Below are positions 24,776-38,689 of a stretch of 64,000 bases of DNA, one piece after another. The stretch is taken from NCBI RefSeq assembly GCF_001194135.2, contig NC_068984.1:55041885-55105884 (forward strand), written 5' to 3'. A program made the position numbers and the translations under genes. Position 1 is the stretch's first letter. The number at the start of each line of letters is the position of its first letter. The stretch is from Octopus bimaculoides (taxonomy: Eukaryota). Below the pieces are notes generated by a model that searched no databases, was not told the DNA's origin, and was given only the letters and a program-made list of their open reading frames with translations.

Positions 24776-25479
24776 CTTATTATGAAATCATCATCATCCT
24801 ATTCATAATCATCATCAGCATCATTACTAGTATTATATGCATTTAGCTGTTTTAAGTTTTAATCTAATGCTTCTATCATATTATTGCTCCTAATCTTTCT
24901 AACTTTTCTCTCACTTTGAGCGTACTTTATTATATCTAGTTAATTCATTCATAAATATATGTAAGCCTGCTTTTTGTCTAATGCATGTATCTCTGTATCT
25001 TTAAGTAACATTATGAATATCGTTTACTAATTTTTCTCTGTCTTCAAGTGCTTATTTGGAAACCGAATTTCACAATAACGAATTTTTTACTGATCCCGTG
25101 TGCTATATGGAGTACTATTTTTCATCTGAATCACACATCATTATTGCTGTAAAAATGGCTTTATTTCGTAATGAAATGATGCGTTGCTTTTGCATATGGA
25201 AAATTTTCGCGAGGTTTTTTGAAAATTTTGTGAGCTTTTGATTTTCATGGATATGTGAACTGTATGTCTAAGTGCTCTTGGACTTATTTTTACATGAGAT
25301 TGTACATACTTTTATATGTATCTATTATATACATACATAAATGCTATTTGTATACGTAACACTCAAACACCATTATACTAGTCAGCGAAAGCCTCTATGC
25401 ATCATTCGACCTTAAAAAAAAATGACAGCCTCATTTTGCATATATTAGCCCTAATCGTAAACAAATATTAAGAATATAT

Positions 25480-25843
25480 TCTTTTCTACTCTAGGCACAA
25501 GTGGCAGTCGATTAGATCGAGCCCAGTAAGCAACTGATACTTAATTTATCGACCCCAAAATGATGTAAGGCAAAGTAGATCTCGGCAGAATTTGAACTCA
25601 GAACGTAAAGACAGATGAAATACTACTAAGCATTTCACCCGGTGTGCTAACGTTTCTTATTTCTTCGTTGCCCACAAGGGGCTAAACACAGAGGGGACAA
25701 ACAAGGACAGACAAAGGGATTAAGTCGATTATATCGACCCCAGTGCATAACTGGTACTTAATTTATCGACTCCGAAAGGATGAAAGGCAAAGTCGACTTC
25801 GGCGGAATTTGAACTCAGAACGTAACGGCAGACGAAATACCGG
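25480..25843 (-). mobile_element. Two tandem family A SINEs, reverse orientation
   Basis: Two runs of TCGATT..ATCGA.CCCAGT...TACTTAATTTATCGAC.CC...GAAAGGCAAAGT.GA..TCGGC.GAATTTGAACTCAGAACGTAA (25480-25657 and 25660-25843). Confidence 0.88.
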
Positions 25844-25869
25844 CATGAATTTCAATATGATTTGTTTAT

Positions 25870-26900
25870 GAAATAGTAAAATACTCTGTTGTATTTAGGG
25901 AGAGTGATTACGCCAGATACAAAAACGAAGTAGTTAACTACTTTTTATCTTTTATTTGATATATGCTATCCTTGCTCGAAATTATTGTAGAGTTGTTAAT
26001 GTAGTGTAGCTTTTCCCGAGCACCCTTTTGTCATGATTCTTTGGAAGGTGTGGGTACGTTGTCTGCATAATCTAATATTACCTTTCGTTTTTGTACGTCG
26101 TAGAATGTGAATTTGTGGAAATTTAGCTACTATCTCAAACAAGTCATTGGCTCAGAAAAGGTTACAGTTTTCCCTTGAAGAATATAGAAGCCGATGTTTT
26201 CTCCCTCTTTTTAAAAATGGTTCCAGAAGTGTATATTTTTCTCGAGTAATTGAAACACCATGTATTTTCATTAATCTCATTAGAAATTACATTGTGCATA
26301 ATTACACGTAAAGAGAGTACAGTAATCCCTCGCCATATCGCGGTTCACCTACCGCGGTTTACCTATTGCGGTTTATTATTTAAGTTTACGTCGATTCCTC
26401 TGTGGTATTGTTTTGCATTTATAAAAGAATAAATAAATAAATACAAATTATAAAAAAATAATAATAAGATATGCAGTACAGTATTGTTTCTACTTCGCCG
26501 ATTTTCACTTATCGCGGGTGGCTTTGGAATATAATACCCGGGATAGTCGACGGATTACTGTACTACATTTTCCTGGGTATATCATGAAACACACGTTTGA
26601 CCTGTTTGACAAGTCTTTATAATTATTTGTCTATTTTCTCGGATTCTTTTATAAATCTCTTCGTTATTGTAGCCACCTTATAAATAATAATCATTTACAT
26701 ATCCGTTGCATAAGCATTACCATAATATTGCATATACCTCTTATCAGAGCAATCAGTCATAGAATGATAACTGTTATTTGTGTAGTCTCTTTTTTATAAC
26801 GATCCTTATTTTCCTTGCTACTGAGTATTAACAGGTGTAAGAGATGTAAGAAAAATATTCATACCTCATGTTCTCCCCTAATACTACAATGGCGTTATTG
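25870..26900 (-). mobile_element. Possible highly decayed non-LTR RT fragment (interrupted by the MITE)
   Basis: Minus translation includes VILDYADNV, a YADD-like motif; many stops. Confidence 0.25.
26320..26560. mobile_element. Tigger/pogo-type MITE (241 bp)
   Basis: TA target duplication on both sides; TIRs CAGTAATCCCTCGCCATATCGCGG / CCCGGGATAGTCGACGGATTACTG. Confidence 0.85.
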
Positions 26901-26999
26901 CTGTTGCTTTTGTTTATATCAAATATGTCAAATCTGATGAAGCCGACATATGTTCAAAGGCACACAAACCGTAACCTCCACAGCTTTGTATGGGTATCT

Positions 27000-27034
<35 letters not shown>

Positions 27035-27389
27035 AGTGTAGCATAGTTTTCATAAAGCATTGTATAAATATATTAATAGTAATTTTTAACAGGCACACCA
27101 AGCTATTTAATAAAACTGGTTCATAGTTTTACCTGGTATTTCAATATTGCAGCGTTAGGATCCCTTCCTAGAACCTAGTCTTCCTAATTAAAACTTGCAT
27201 CTCTTTACTATCTGGTGGGGATGAGAAAAAAACTAGTTTGAAATATGCATTCATCATTGGCATCATTGCATTACGAATAGACGCGACTTTGAACTGACTA
27301 TTGTGTTTACACATTATTGTCTCGAAAGAATTTTTTTTTCTACATGACAAACTGCTCCGCCTATATATTCATGACTGTAAACTTGTCAG

Positions 27390-27535
27390 AAGCTTGCTTC
27401 CCAACCACATAGTCCCGGGTTCAGTCTGACTGCGTGACACCTTGGGCAAGTGTTTTCTACTATAGCCTCAGGCCTACCAAAGCCTTGTAAATTCGGTGGA
27501 TTTGGCAGCCAGAAACTAAAAGAAGCCCAACGTAT
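27390..27535 (+). mobile_element. Family C SINE, 5' half (runs into microsatellite and gap)
   Basis: AGCTTGCTTCCCAACCACAT...GGGTTCAGTC..CTGCGTGACACCTTGGGCAAGTG...GAAACTAAAAGAAGCCC. Confidence 0.85.
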
Positions 27536-27554
27536 ATATATATTTATATATATA

Positions 27555-27602
27555 NNNNNNNNNNNNNNNNNNNNNNNNNNNNNNNNNNNNNNNNNNNNNN
27601 NN
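27555..27602. other. Assembly gap
   Basis: N-run in (TA)n. Confidence 0.99.
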
Positions 27603-27635
27603 ATATATATAAATATTTATATACATATATATATC

Positions 27636-27935
27636 ACACGAACTCTCCCATCGTTAGACGACGTATGTGGGTTCGGCAATTTCTTACTGAACAACCACAC
27701 AGATGTGGTTGTTCGGATGATTTGTTTATAATGATCAAATTTTTGTGTTCACATAAGCTCAGTACCTCCATCAAATAGACATTACCTGTACAGGTGCATC
27801 ATCTGTCACGTATTAGGTGAAGAAATGCTCCCAGGGTAATGTGAAATGAAATGCTTTACTCAAGAACACAACGCAAACTCGCTCTGGGAATCGAACCCAC
27901 GATCTCACAATCGTGAGTGCAACACTCTAACTACT
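27636..27935 (-). mobile_element. tRNA-headed SINE related to family B
   Basis: Minus head TAGTTAGAGTGTTG...GGGTTCGATTCCC followed by GCGTTGTGTTCTTGAGTAAAGCA. Confidence 0.72.
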
Positions 27936-28169
27936 ATATATATATATATATATATACATGCATTTGTATGTGTCAGTGTGTGTGTATGTGTGTATGCATG
28001 TAGAGTGTAGTATTTCCGACCATGGGTATTCAGTTGCCAGGTTAAGCGTATTATTATGTTGATTGTATTTTCTTTCTATATCCTCCTGACATAGATTACA
28101 AGCGGGCTTAGTATGATATAGTGTGACAAGTCTGAACTTTTGAATTACATATCCAATCCATTCGACGGA

Positions 28170-28310
28170 CTTTCACACAATTTACTGTCAACCAAGATTC
28201 ACTCATAAAGCATGGTCTACTCAGGTTGATACGAAATTATCTACCCAATATGCTACGCAGTGCAATTGAACCTGGAATCTTGTTTGCAAAGTGAATTTCT
28301 GAACTATCAG
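28170..28310 (-). mobile_element. Decayed family C SINE head
   Basis: ATTCACTCATAAAGC...CTACCCAA.ATGCTACGCAGTG...TGAACCTGGAA is reverse-similar to 27390-27490. Confidence 0.55.
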
Positions 28311-28319
28311 CAACAGTGC

Positions 28320-28371
28320 ACCTACCTACCTACCTACCTACCTACCTACCTACCTACCTACGCATCTGCAC

Positions 28372-28432
<61 letters not shown>
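28320..28432. repeat. (CCTA)n and (CA)n microsatellites
   Basis: Visible repeats. Confidence 0.96.
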
Positions 28433-28436
<4 letters not shown>

Positions 28437-31400
28437 TATGTGTCTCTGTCGGTGCACGAAATCTTGTGCCTGCGTGTTTGTATGAACATAATTACACATT
28501 TATGCATACACGTGTACGTGATAAATCGTAGCTGATAGAGGTGCTAGATATCACAAGTAAAAATTAAACACAAATAAAAAAATAATAAATAAAATTGGAG
28601 ATTAAAAACAATGACATAAAACATTTCAATAAAACATTGTCCTAATTTGCTGAGCCGCAATGTTATTTTGTTATATTATTGTTATAGATCGATATGAATA
28701 GGTTTTTTAAAATGGCATTTGTTTTAAATAACGATAAGATAACATAATAAATTCAATCGATACACATAATGCTAGATAGACTTTCGGTTGAACATAGAAT
28801 TTTAAAATAAACTTATTTGGAATATTATTATACTTTATGTCAGTGTATTAAATATCGATAAAGATTCTTTAGCAAAAATAGAGATAAAAACTTTATAACC
28901 TACTTGATATGAGACATGTCAACAACGGAGCTTCTATCGAGTGGGTCGAACAATTTGTTAAAAACAGCAGTTAAATATCTCTCAAAATCTACACTAGTGT
29001 TAAAAACCAGAAGGATATATTTGACTAATGTCATTAGACTAATTTTCGCGATAAGAAAACTTGATGGCCAAGACTGTAATGCAACTACACATAGGTCTGC
29101 TTGATCAGAATTAACTGGAAGCTAAATAGATAATATAAATACAAGGCATAGTATGTCTACAATAGGGAGCAAACAGCGCGTGCCTATGGGTGTATGGTTA
29201 AATCGTATAAGATTAAGAAGTTTACAGTCACTCTCTGTGAGTAAATGGACCCTATGGTTTAGCAACAGAATTCTCTGCAATATGGACAAGGAAATAGTTC
29301 CGCAATTATCGACTTGTAATTTTCCTTTTTATCGATATCCATAGTATCGGCTCTAACTTGTTTGACAGTCAGAGGAAGCAACTTACAACTACTTACAATA
29401 AAGATTTGAGTAACAGGCATTGACTTAAACCATTGATATACCAATACAATGACAAAGCACCTATTTCTTTTATTTTCTCACAAGGCGTGCTATTCTGAGG
29501 CGAAAGGATTAGTTTGTACCATCAACTTCTGTGTTTCACAGCTGGTGCATTATTTTATCGATCGTAGAGGAACGATACACTAACTCAAAATGTTAACAAC
29601 TAATGTAAAAGAGAAAAGGGTAAGTTACGTTCTCTGATGTTTTAACAATTCTACTAGCCCACCGTCTACAACGTAAACAAAGTGAAATAATATATTATTT
29701 ATGTCTATTACACATTCTACATTTTTCCACATACGATGTCTGAATACTTGAGCTATTTGATTCTAGCAGCAAATATAGTGATCTATTAGTATACATATGT
29801 AAACTCAGCATATGTAACAGGGAGTGATTTTTTAAATAAATAACTTTAAGACGCTTCCTATCTTTCTAGTATGAACAGAAATATATAAAATTTATAATGT
29901 TGCTAAGACTGAAATAGCCTCTCGAAAGTAGTCGAACTGATCTTGGGTTCATACCACAGAGATAGTCCTACATTTTAACTATATGATCTATATGCGTAGT
30001 GGGGCTGAATGTGTATTCATCAAACGTGCGTAGGTGAATGTATCAACACTTTATTAGGTGTCTTTGGTAAGAAAATCGACAATTAAAATCAAGTACCAAT
30101 ATCTATGTGAAACATTATGAGAAAAAATATATATATATCATAGAAATTTTGGAAGTATTTCTAAAACTTTCAGTTCTATCTTTATTAACCTGAATCTCTC
30201 AATGCTTGTAACTGATATTACCAACTGAAACACCCTATCAGATTGTTCGTATCTGTCTACTAAATCAAATACACTTTTATTATCAAAATAATGCTAAAGT
30301 GTAACGTGTTGAAACATCAAAGATATCAGATGTTCAATGTACTTGTACAGAATCTAAACAGCCAATAAGTTACCATTCATGTTTATTCGAAGAATACGTT
30401 AGAAGCGCTTTTATCGAGTTGAGTACATTAAAGGGATTTTATAGGCTAGAATAACCATTTGTTATATAAACAAACACAAAACATCAGATCATATAGGTAG
30501 AGAAATGGGAAATCGTTATTTTCATGTCTTTAGCAAAGGCATTAATATAGGTAGAGGAATGAAGCAACTCTAATAGATAACCTAAACTAATTGCGATCCT
30601 CCAAAGACTTACCATTTGTTTTATAACAGACACCTACAAATAGAAGTAAATTCAAGGTATGCTCTCAACGCAGGATCTATGCTAGGCTACTTATTTTAAT
30701 AGAAAAGTTATATAACAATATATAGCTAAACATTAAATGATATTGTTTCACATGTATGTGGTATGTCTCTATCAATTTCGTATGTATGCGCTTATGTATG
30801 TGTATAACGTCGATGTACATGTGTTAACTTGTTTTCAGTTCTTTGAATATTCATTATTGCCAAGCAACTGGCTTTTAATTAAGAATGCAAAGGTCACCTC
30901 GTTCGAATTTATATTTAATAAAAACAGCAATGAAGAGTTACATTGTATATTGCACTGCTCTGATTACACATTGAATCTAAAGAATTAAGTTGGCTACAAC
31001 TATGTCTGAAAACCTGATTTATTAATAACGTGACCAAAATGATTATAGAGTTGGGGCGGCAAATGTAAATTCAAAAGTATCACACCCCTACATGTATGTG
31101 AACTTATCAACACCTCCGGTCAACATATATCAATTAATTTTTCAAACATCATCAAAAGGTAGGTTATAAAGCTGGAGATTCAAGAGATTTAATGCGTTTT
31201 TGTTCAATAAAATTTAAAAGCGATCTTTTGCTCTTGGCTTGAAAAAGATTTGGAGTTTTGCTCTATGCTTTTTAAAGTTAGACCAGCATGTTTTACAAGT
31301 TCTTTGAGATGCATTTCGCCATCAGTTATGGGATATGCCAGCATAAAATCCTTTCGGATTCAGGAGCTTAATACTTTGCTCTCCACACACTTTGCTCTGA

Positions 31401-32610
31401 AAACTCAAAATTCTGTGAAACAATACCATACATAATTCGAAGTCTGTCTAACCGGATATGAACCCACTTCCTCCATTTTTTTCTAAATCATCACAATACC
31501 TTTAAAAAATTTCTGTTTATGTCAATATCTTAGAAATTTAAATATCTATGAAGATGATTTTTTTATAGTTCAATCAATAACCAGAGTACTACAAGACATG
31601 ACACCGACAAAGCATTGTCCTTTTGTAAATAGATTCCAATTATAATATTTTTAAACGTTTCATTACCTTGACCCCAGAAACTTTGTGAGGTAGATTTTCA
31701 TCAATTCCTAGGTGATCGAAGAAATAAATAAATAAATAAACAAATAAATAAATGAAAAGTAAGATACAGGATACCACAGTCAATGTCTTTGCTCTACTAT
31801 CAAGTTTAATATATCTTTTCACTACATTCCATCTGTATATAAAATTAAAATATTTGGAAATATAACTTCTGTAAGTATTATTGTATTTTACAGGTGTAGA
31901 GAGCAGCGTATAACCACTAAAGTTTGGGAAGACAATCGAAGATGAGTTTAGTATCCGAATATTTAAAAACAAATACTGAAAACCTCCATGGAATATTCAT
32001 TTCGAAGTAATTGTAATATCAGAGAAAATAATAGTGCTTTCGGTTATAAGCGTGAAGATGATTTATAAGGTTGTCACGATCCATTTAGTGGGGTGGTAAC
32101 AAAGACAGAGAGTACTTTTTGTAAAAATGTAGTGATTCCATTAAATACGTGGAAAATAGAGTCAATATACGATTGTAATTAAAAGTTGCACTTCCTTTTA
32201 TTTAATTGCTTCAATAAGGAATTACAACGTCAGTCTGCTGACTCGCTTTACCATAAACATTGTCGCGTATTACATGCATACATGCAGGTGTGTTGCTAAG
32301 CATTTCGCGTGTTGTGCTAAGGATTCTGCCAGCTCGCCGTGCAGTTTTTAGTTCTCCCCCTTTATGTTCAGCTTTAAAATACTTCTCTGATGAACATTGC
32401 TTTTGATCCTTCTGGTTGCACAAAAAACATTTCAAAACAATTACTGGGATGGATTGAAACGATTTTACTAGCAATTGACTACGCAATTCCGAAATGATTT
32501 TGGGATGTTTTCTCATTAAGGACACATGAAAGTGTAAATCATACTGATGTGAAAAGCACTGGTACCAGGTAGTACTACATATGTTTCATTATATCTGCTT
32601 ACGCTAGTCT

Positions 32611-33190
32611 TAATATTAATTTCACATTCTGGCACAAGGCCAGAAAGTTCGAGGGAGGATATAAGCCGATTACATGGACCCCAATGTTCAACTCCTACTT
32701 ATTTTATCGACTCCAAAAGAATGAAAGACAAAGCCAAACTCGGTGGAATTTGAACTCAGATAGCAAAGGCAGACCTAATACCGCTAAGCAATTCCGTCGG
32801 TTTGGTACCGAGTATGCTAACACGCCGCTTTACACAAATTTGAATATTTGTTTCAAATTTTGGCACAAGGCCGTCAATGTCAGGGGTTGATTAATTAAAT
32901 TACATCGACCCCAGTGACCAACTGGTATGTATTTTATGGATTCGAAAAGATGAACATTTGAACGTAATGTCAGAAGAAATGCCGCGAAGCGTTTTTTCCG
33001 GCACCGTAACGATACTACCAGCTCGCCGCTTTCACAAATTTTAATATTGGTTTCAAATTTTGGAAATCCCAGGGTTCACTGGTACTTATTTTATCTACCT
33101 CGATAGGATAAATGGTACAGTCGACCCTGGCGGCATTTGAACTCAGAACGTAAAACGGACGTGCTAACAATTCTGCCAGCACGCCGGCTT
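32611..33190 (-). mobile_element. Three tandem family A SINEs, reverse orientation
   Basis: Units about 32611-32830, 32841-33031 and 33042-33190, each with SINE body motifs and a reversed head ending CGCCGCTT. Confidence 0.85.
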
Positions 33191-33218
33191 ATACAAATCT
33201 TAATACTAACGAGATATG

Positions 33219-33560
33219 TAAGGCAGCGAGTTGGCAGAATCATTAGCACACTTGACATACTGCTTAGTGACATCTTTTTCGTCTTTACGTTCTCAGTTCA
33301 AATTCTGCCGGGGTTGAGAATATATATACCAGTGAAGCACTCGGGTTTATGTAACTCACTTACCCTCGTCCTCGAAATTGCTAGCCTTGTGCCAAGTTTT
33401 AAAATCAATATTAACGAGATATCTAAGACAGCGAACTGGCAGAATCGTTAGAACATCGGGGGAAAACGTTTTGTAACATTTCGTCAGTTTTAACGTTCTT
33501 AGTTCAAATTCCAACTTTGCCTTTCATCCTTTCGGAGTCAATATTATAAATACCAATGAA
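33219..33560 (+). mobile_element. Two tandem family A SINEs, forward orientation
   Basis: AAGGCAGCGAGTTGGCAGAATCATTAGCAC (33219) and AAGACAGCGAACTGGCAGAATCGTTAG (33425); both carry GTTCAAATTC. Confidence 0.85.
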
Positions 33561-36500
33561 AACCTACTAGCCTTGTACTAAGGTTTGAAATGTCTGTAAT
33601 TATTTCGGCGGCAAGTCGACAGTAGGTGTTGTTGTCCATAAACAGATGTTGATTGCCCATGTTTTCAATGTCTCTAGTAGCAACATTAAGATCACTTTTA
33701 ACATAAGATTCTTTAAATTCTCGACTAATAATCAAAATATTCTTTGAGAATTGGAAAACAGTCCACCCAAAATGCGAGTATAAGCTGTATATATTCCGCA
33801 GTAAGCTTAGACAGATTCCTTTATTTCGAGGTGTATGAGTGTTAGTACCATGGTCGAATGTTTGCATTTTTATTGTTATCTTCTGCGGCATATATTTACA
33901 GGATTTTAGCTGTCATTTTAAAAATCGATTGAAACTATAGGAATTAGAATAAAAATTGCTGACAGTGATATGCAAAATATGTCTCTTATCGAACATATAT
34001 AGGCGAGAAAGGATTTTGATAACAACTACTTTGCACTTGCGCAGTTTCCCAACCCATACGTATGATAACATTATGTGCAACAATGAGGACAGACAAGTTA
34101 TATTTTCCGTAGGAGCAATAAAAATTTGTTAAATTATGTATTCAAAATTTCGCGAACATTTAAACTCATAAATTTATATTTTATATCCTTCTCTCATAAA
34201 CTTCTTTATGTCTGGCTTTATTAACTTATTTATGAATAAAATATATTTCATTCTGGGTGGGCTGAAAGGTGGATTTATCCTAAGATGTAATTTCGAGTCT
34301 CTCGCCTTCCATTTTCAAGAAGCTGTTATTTATTATAAATTGCTAATGTTTCTTGTATTAACAAAACAATATCTGAATCAGTTAAAAATAATACTGAAGC
34401 ATATAGAAGTATATCTATCTATCTACCTAACTACCTATCTAATAAGTGGATTTCATGTACCCAAATCAGTGTCATAGCAAATAGTATAATCTTTATTTTT
34501 ACTAATCCGCCAAGCTATTGCCATTAATTTAAACTTTATACAAGTATGGGAGGACAGGGGCCAACACTTCTTTTAGTTTCTTACTTTTAATCTATGACTG
34601 ATATATAAGAAACTTACCGTAGCATTGCAATCGTAGAGGTATTTAGTTTCCACAAACAACAGTAGCTATTAAGAACAGTTTCTCGTCGCCACGCTTAAGC
34701 AATACGATGCAAACATATAAGCACAACTAAGACGTAGAGCATTCGTTGTACAAAAGTCACATTGTCTACATAACCGAATTCTGATATACTAATGAACATT
34801 TTAGTAGGGGGAGCTCAGCCACAGATCTCACGAATACAATAATGTTTCATAGTGATCTCTCTTAGGTAACAAAGGTGATGGTGATGCTGCATTTACAGCG
34901 CAGAAAGCTGTGGTGTATTTTTATAATGCAATAGCTTGAAGATGCCATGTATTTTGCATTATTTTAAATGTAATTTACGTTAAAATTCCCAGCAGTTCAG
35001 CAATAAGATTTCACAACATCCAGACGTAATAGTTTTAGACATTCTATTTGAAACCATTTTATTTAAATTACATAGAAACATATCCAGACGTCTCACTTAT
35101 AAAAACCTATATTGCATTAAGTAACTAGCATCGCTTTTTTTTGCCGAAAATCAAAACAAAGAGAATCCTGAGAATGTCCTAGAATTATCTTCATGTGTTA
35201 TGTCTCAAAGAACTTTTAAATTCAATCGAGTTTTTCCTGTACTACATAATTTGAAATGTTTCTAATATCATAGTTTTATCACTGTAAATAGCGTCAGTTT
35301 AAGGAATTCTTATTTAGATTTAAATTTCACCTGAAATCTTGTGACTGTTGTATTTTATTCGCAGGTTAGTCTCTTTCACTTAAATTCATTCCCCGCATGC
35401 GATTTTCTAATTTCTTTACACCACGTTCTGTCTTGCATGGGAAAATATTTCATATTTTGGGATCACATCTTTGCCTATGCGATTGCTTATTACTTACATC
35501 ACTTAAACTCCAGCTTAGAGTGGTTTTCATGATATTTCAAAACATAATCCAAGTAACCTGCTTGCTTTTCTCAGTGATAGACACCTCCTAACTCGTATAC
35601 GCTTCATCTCTCTTAACGAATTATCCACTCATTCTGGTGACCTACATTGTAGGCCTTCTAATAATTTTTAAAAGCCACAACCAGATTGCGGTATTGGCTT
35701 TAGATTCTATCTATGATATTTGCATTTATTGATAATTGATCACCTATACAACATTCATTATTGCATAGTAATTGTCTATGATTTTTTTCTTTGTTTCTCA
35801 GACCCATTATTATATTTAATGTAACTATCTACGTTCGACGTTCTGAAATTCTTTTAAGTTTAAACCAATGATTTTCCTGTAATTTGTTGTCCTTACCTCA
35901 TTAAAGTCGTATAATCTCTGTAGGAGGAGAGTTCAATTTTGTGCAAAAAACTAGATGTAACTTAACTACTTCTATTTATACATGTATGGGGGGGGGGACT
36001 AGGTACCATCTGTACCTAGTTCCAACTCCTTTTATTACTTAGAAGCGTTTAAATACCTTCCACACACTTGTATTTCCTTAAATATTTTTTTTTACTTTAT
36101 TTCTCAACTCTAAATTATTTTCTCCGTTCTCCCTTTTATAACGTTGGTATTGTATTTTCGTATTCTAATTCCAAACCCCAGCATCTTAACTCTGTTTAAC
36201 AAGCCAATAAATTTCTCGGTAATGGTTATTATACAATGAAGAGCATTTTCTCTGTATGAAATAAACAGTTTTTTTTTTCTTACTTTTGTAATTATTTTTT
36301 CAAATACAATTTTCCAGTACTTCAATTCGTTTAACATTTTCACTTCACTGTTAATAGTTCGCAGTTCGTACAGTAAAGCTTAAATCTTTCAAAATCTAAT
36401 TAAGTTAGAACTTCTTTTAATTCTACTTCTACTTGTTCTGGTGTCAAGTTGTTGCTTTCAAACCTTTATTCTATCACTTAATTTACATATTGCCCAATTA

Positions 36501-38262
36501 AACTATCTCTCACGATTGTTTTCTATTTGAAAATTTAATCACTCTTTCCCCACTTGAAAACTTCGACAATCAGCTATATTTTCTTATGTAATCTACTTTT
36601 TCATTCTTGTTGGTGTAGGATACGAATTGCGTGTTTTCGAAATAATTGTTTAATTTCAACTGAAGTAAGACATCTTCCCTTATACCATTTGGCTACTGAT
36701 TGTTGTGTGAAGTTTTCGTACCTATGATTTATTCGTATACTGATATGGCTTCCTGATTTCTCTTGATGTACACAACTGGTTTTCTTGTGAAGAATGTTGA
36801 CTTTCATTATAAGGCATGCAGTTTGTTTCTACTCTGTTATGAAGCGCTATCGATTTACAAATGTGGTTCAAAAATTGTATGAATTTGTTGACATTGTCAC
36901 TTTTTCTCTGGGCGGTAATAGAGTCGTCTTTGAAGCACAAGTAGACTTTCCGATGAACTCGATTGTAGTGTGATACATCTATTCACTCTTTCGTGATAGT
37001 TGTCTATTAGAACAGCCAATCTTGAAGTATACCCAGTTTTGTGATCTGGGTAATATTGGTATTCCTAAAGGGTCAAACAGAGATGGGGAATGCGTACAGC
37101 ACTTTATCTACTTATTAGTACCTGCTGCCGCACTTGCTTCCGAATTTGTACGTGTGCTTTTTTTCTTTCTCTTTTCTTTTTTGTTTCATCATTGTATTCA
37201 TGTTCATTTATTAAGCAAAAAAAAACAAACAGGAAAGTAAGAAAGATATTGTGAACGACAGGGAGAGAAGGACAAAGATAGAAGAATCTTTCTGTAATAA
37301 TCTAGAAGGTGAAATGGAAGGTGCAGAAAAGAGCATCACTCTGTTCTGCTGCTGAAATACTTAAATAACATTAACCATTGACAAGAAAAATAAATATATG
37401 CAACATCCATTTCTAAAAGTAGTTCCTTTCATGTTTAATTCATCACATAATATTATGAAGATTTATCTCAATGTTGACTCATATGATGTAAGAAGTAATA
37501 ATAGTTAATATTTATCTAATTGTAACTAAACGGATACTTTGCCATAGAAACCAGTAAAGAAGATAAAATATTTAAAACAAAAACACAATTTTTAAAAATT
37601 CAAAAAGGAAAACTTCGATCTAATGCGTTCGTGTAAATTGAGTGACTGCATTCTGGATAATTACAGTTATAGCAATTCTGTTTCCAGTCATCTGTCTATT
37701 ACATGTAGCTGACCATCCTACAAAACGGTAATATATTCGGAAAAAAATAAGAAGTGCACAGTAATTTCAGCCAATGTATATTCATAAATATCTGTTAAAT
37801 ATTAGATAACGAGGATTAAGTTATAATTTATATAATTTCTGATTTGTATTTAATACATTTTTAAAGTTAATATTTCTGAATATTTTCTATCTAAATGCTA
37901 GAAAAGTTGAAATTGGCATTTTTTATTGGTTAGTGGAAATAAACATCACTTATGAACGAAAAACATTATAATCTAATTTTTCCAAATTAAATTATATAAA
38001 TATCATAGGTGTCAGATCAATGAATGCGTGCAGTTAATATGCACTTCGAACCAACTCATATTTTTGCGAACATTGAAAGATATGTGCAGAATTAAATCAC
38101 TTTTCTGTCTACACTCTTTCTCTACTCACTTCAAAGCACTCATTGAAATATGTGAGTGTATGTGTATGTGTGTAAGTGTGTAAATAAATCTACATATAAC
38201 TACATACATCTACACATCTATCTCCTTCTCCTCCCCTTCTCTCCCTATGTATACACACACAA

Positions 38263-38294
<32 letters not shown>

Positions 38295-38394
38295 CCTTTT
38301 AGTTTGTTCATGGAAAACGTTTTTGAATACATATACAGCCTACTGATAGCAACTGCCAATAGCAGCTTTTGGGAGTTGCACTGAGTTGTGCCGA

Positions 38395-38396
38395 TC

Positions 38397-38457
<61 letters not shown>

Positions 38458-38470
38458 CAATTACAACAAC

Positions 38471-38523
<53 letters not shown>

Positions 38524-38537
38524 TAACAAATAATAAT
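38395..38537. repeat. (TAA)n microsatellite with CAA interruptions
   Basis: Visible repeat. Confidence 0.96.
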
Positions 38538-38689
38538 CCATAGATGGTATTTATAAATATTTTAATGCATCGCTACATGCATTTCCACAACTCACATGTT
38601 TCTTACGATCAGAGTCCGTATTCTCAAGATGATTACAATACAGTCCGTAATATCCATGGACATCGGGTGGATCATATTCATGTGTTCAT

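Noticed and set aside
29542-29619. 78-nt segment with a good acceptor and AGG|GTAAGT donor
   Set aside because: Stops in all three frames, and the sequence looks partly SINE-derived
36000-37000. Possible old CR1-like RT relic (FSNRKQS) on the minus strand
   Set aside because: Single short motif; insufficient evidence
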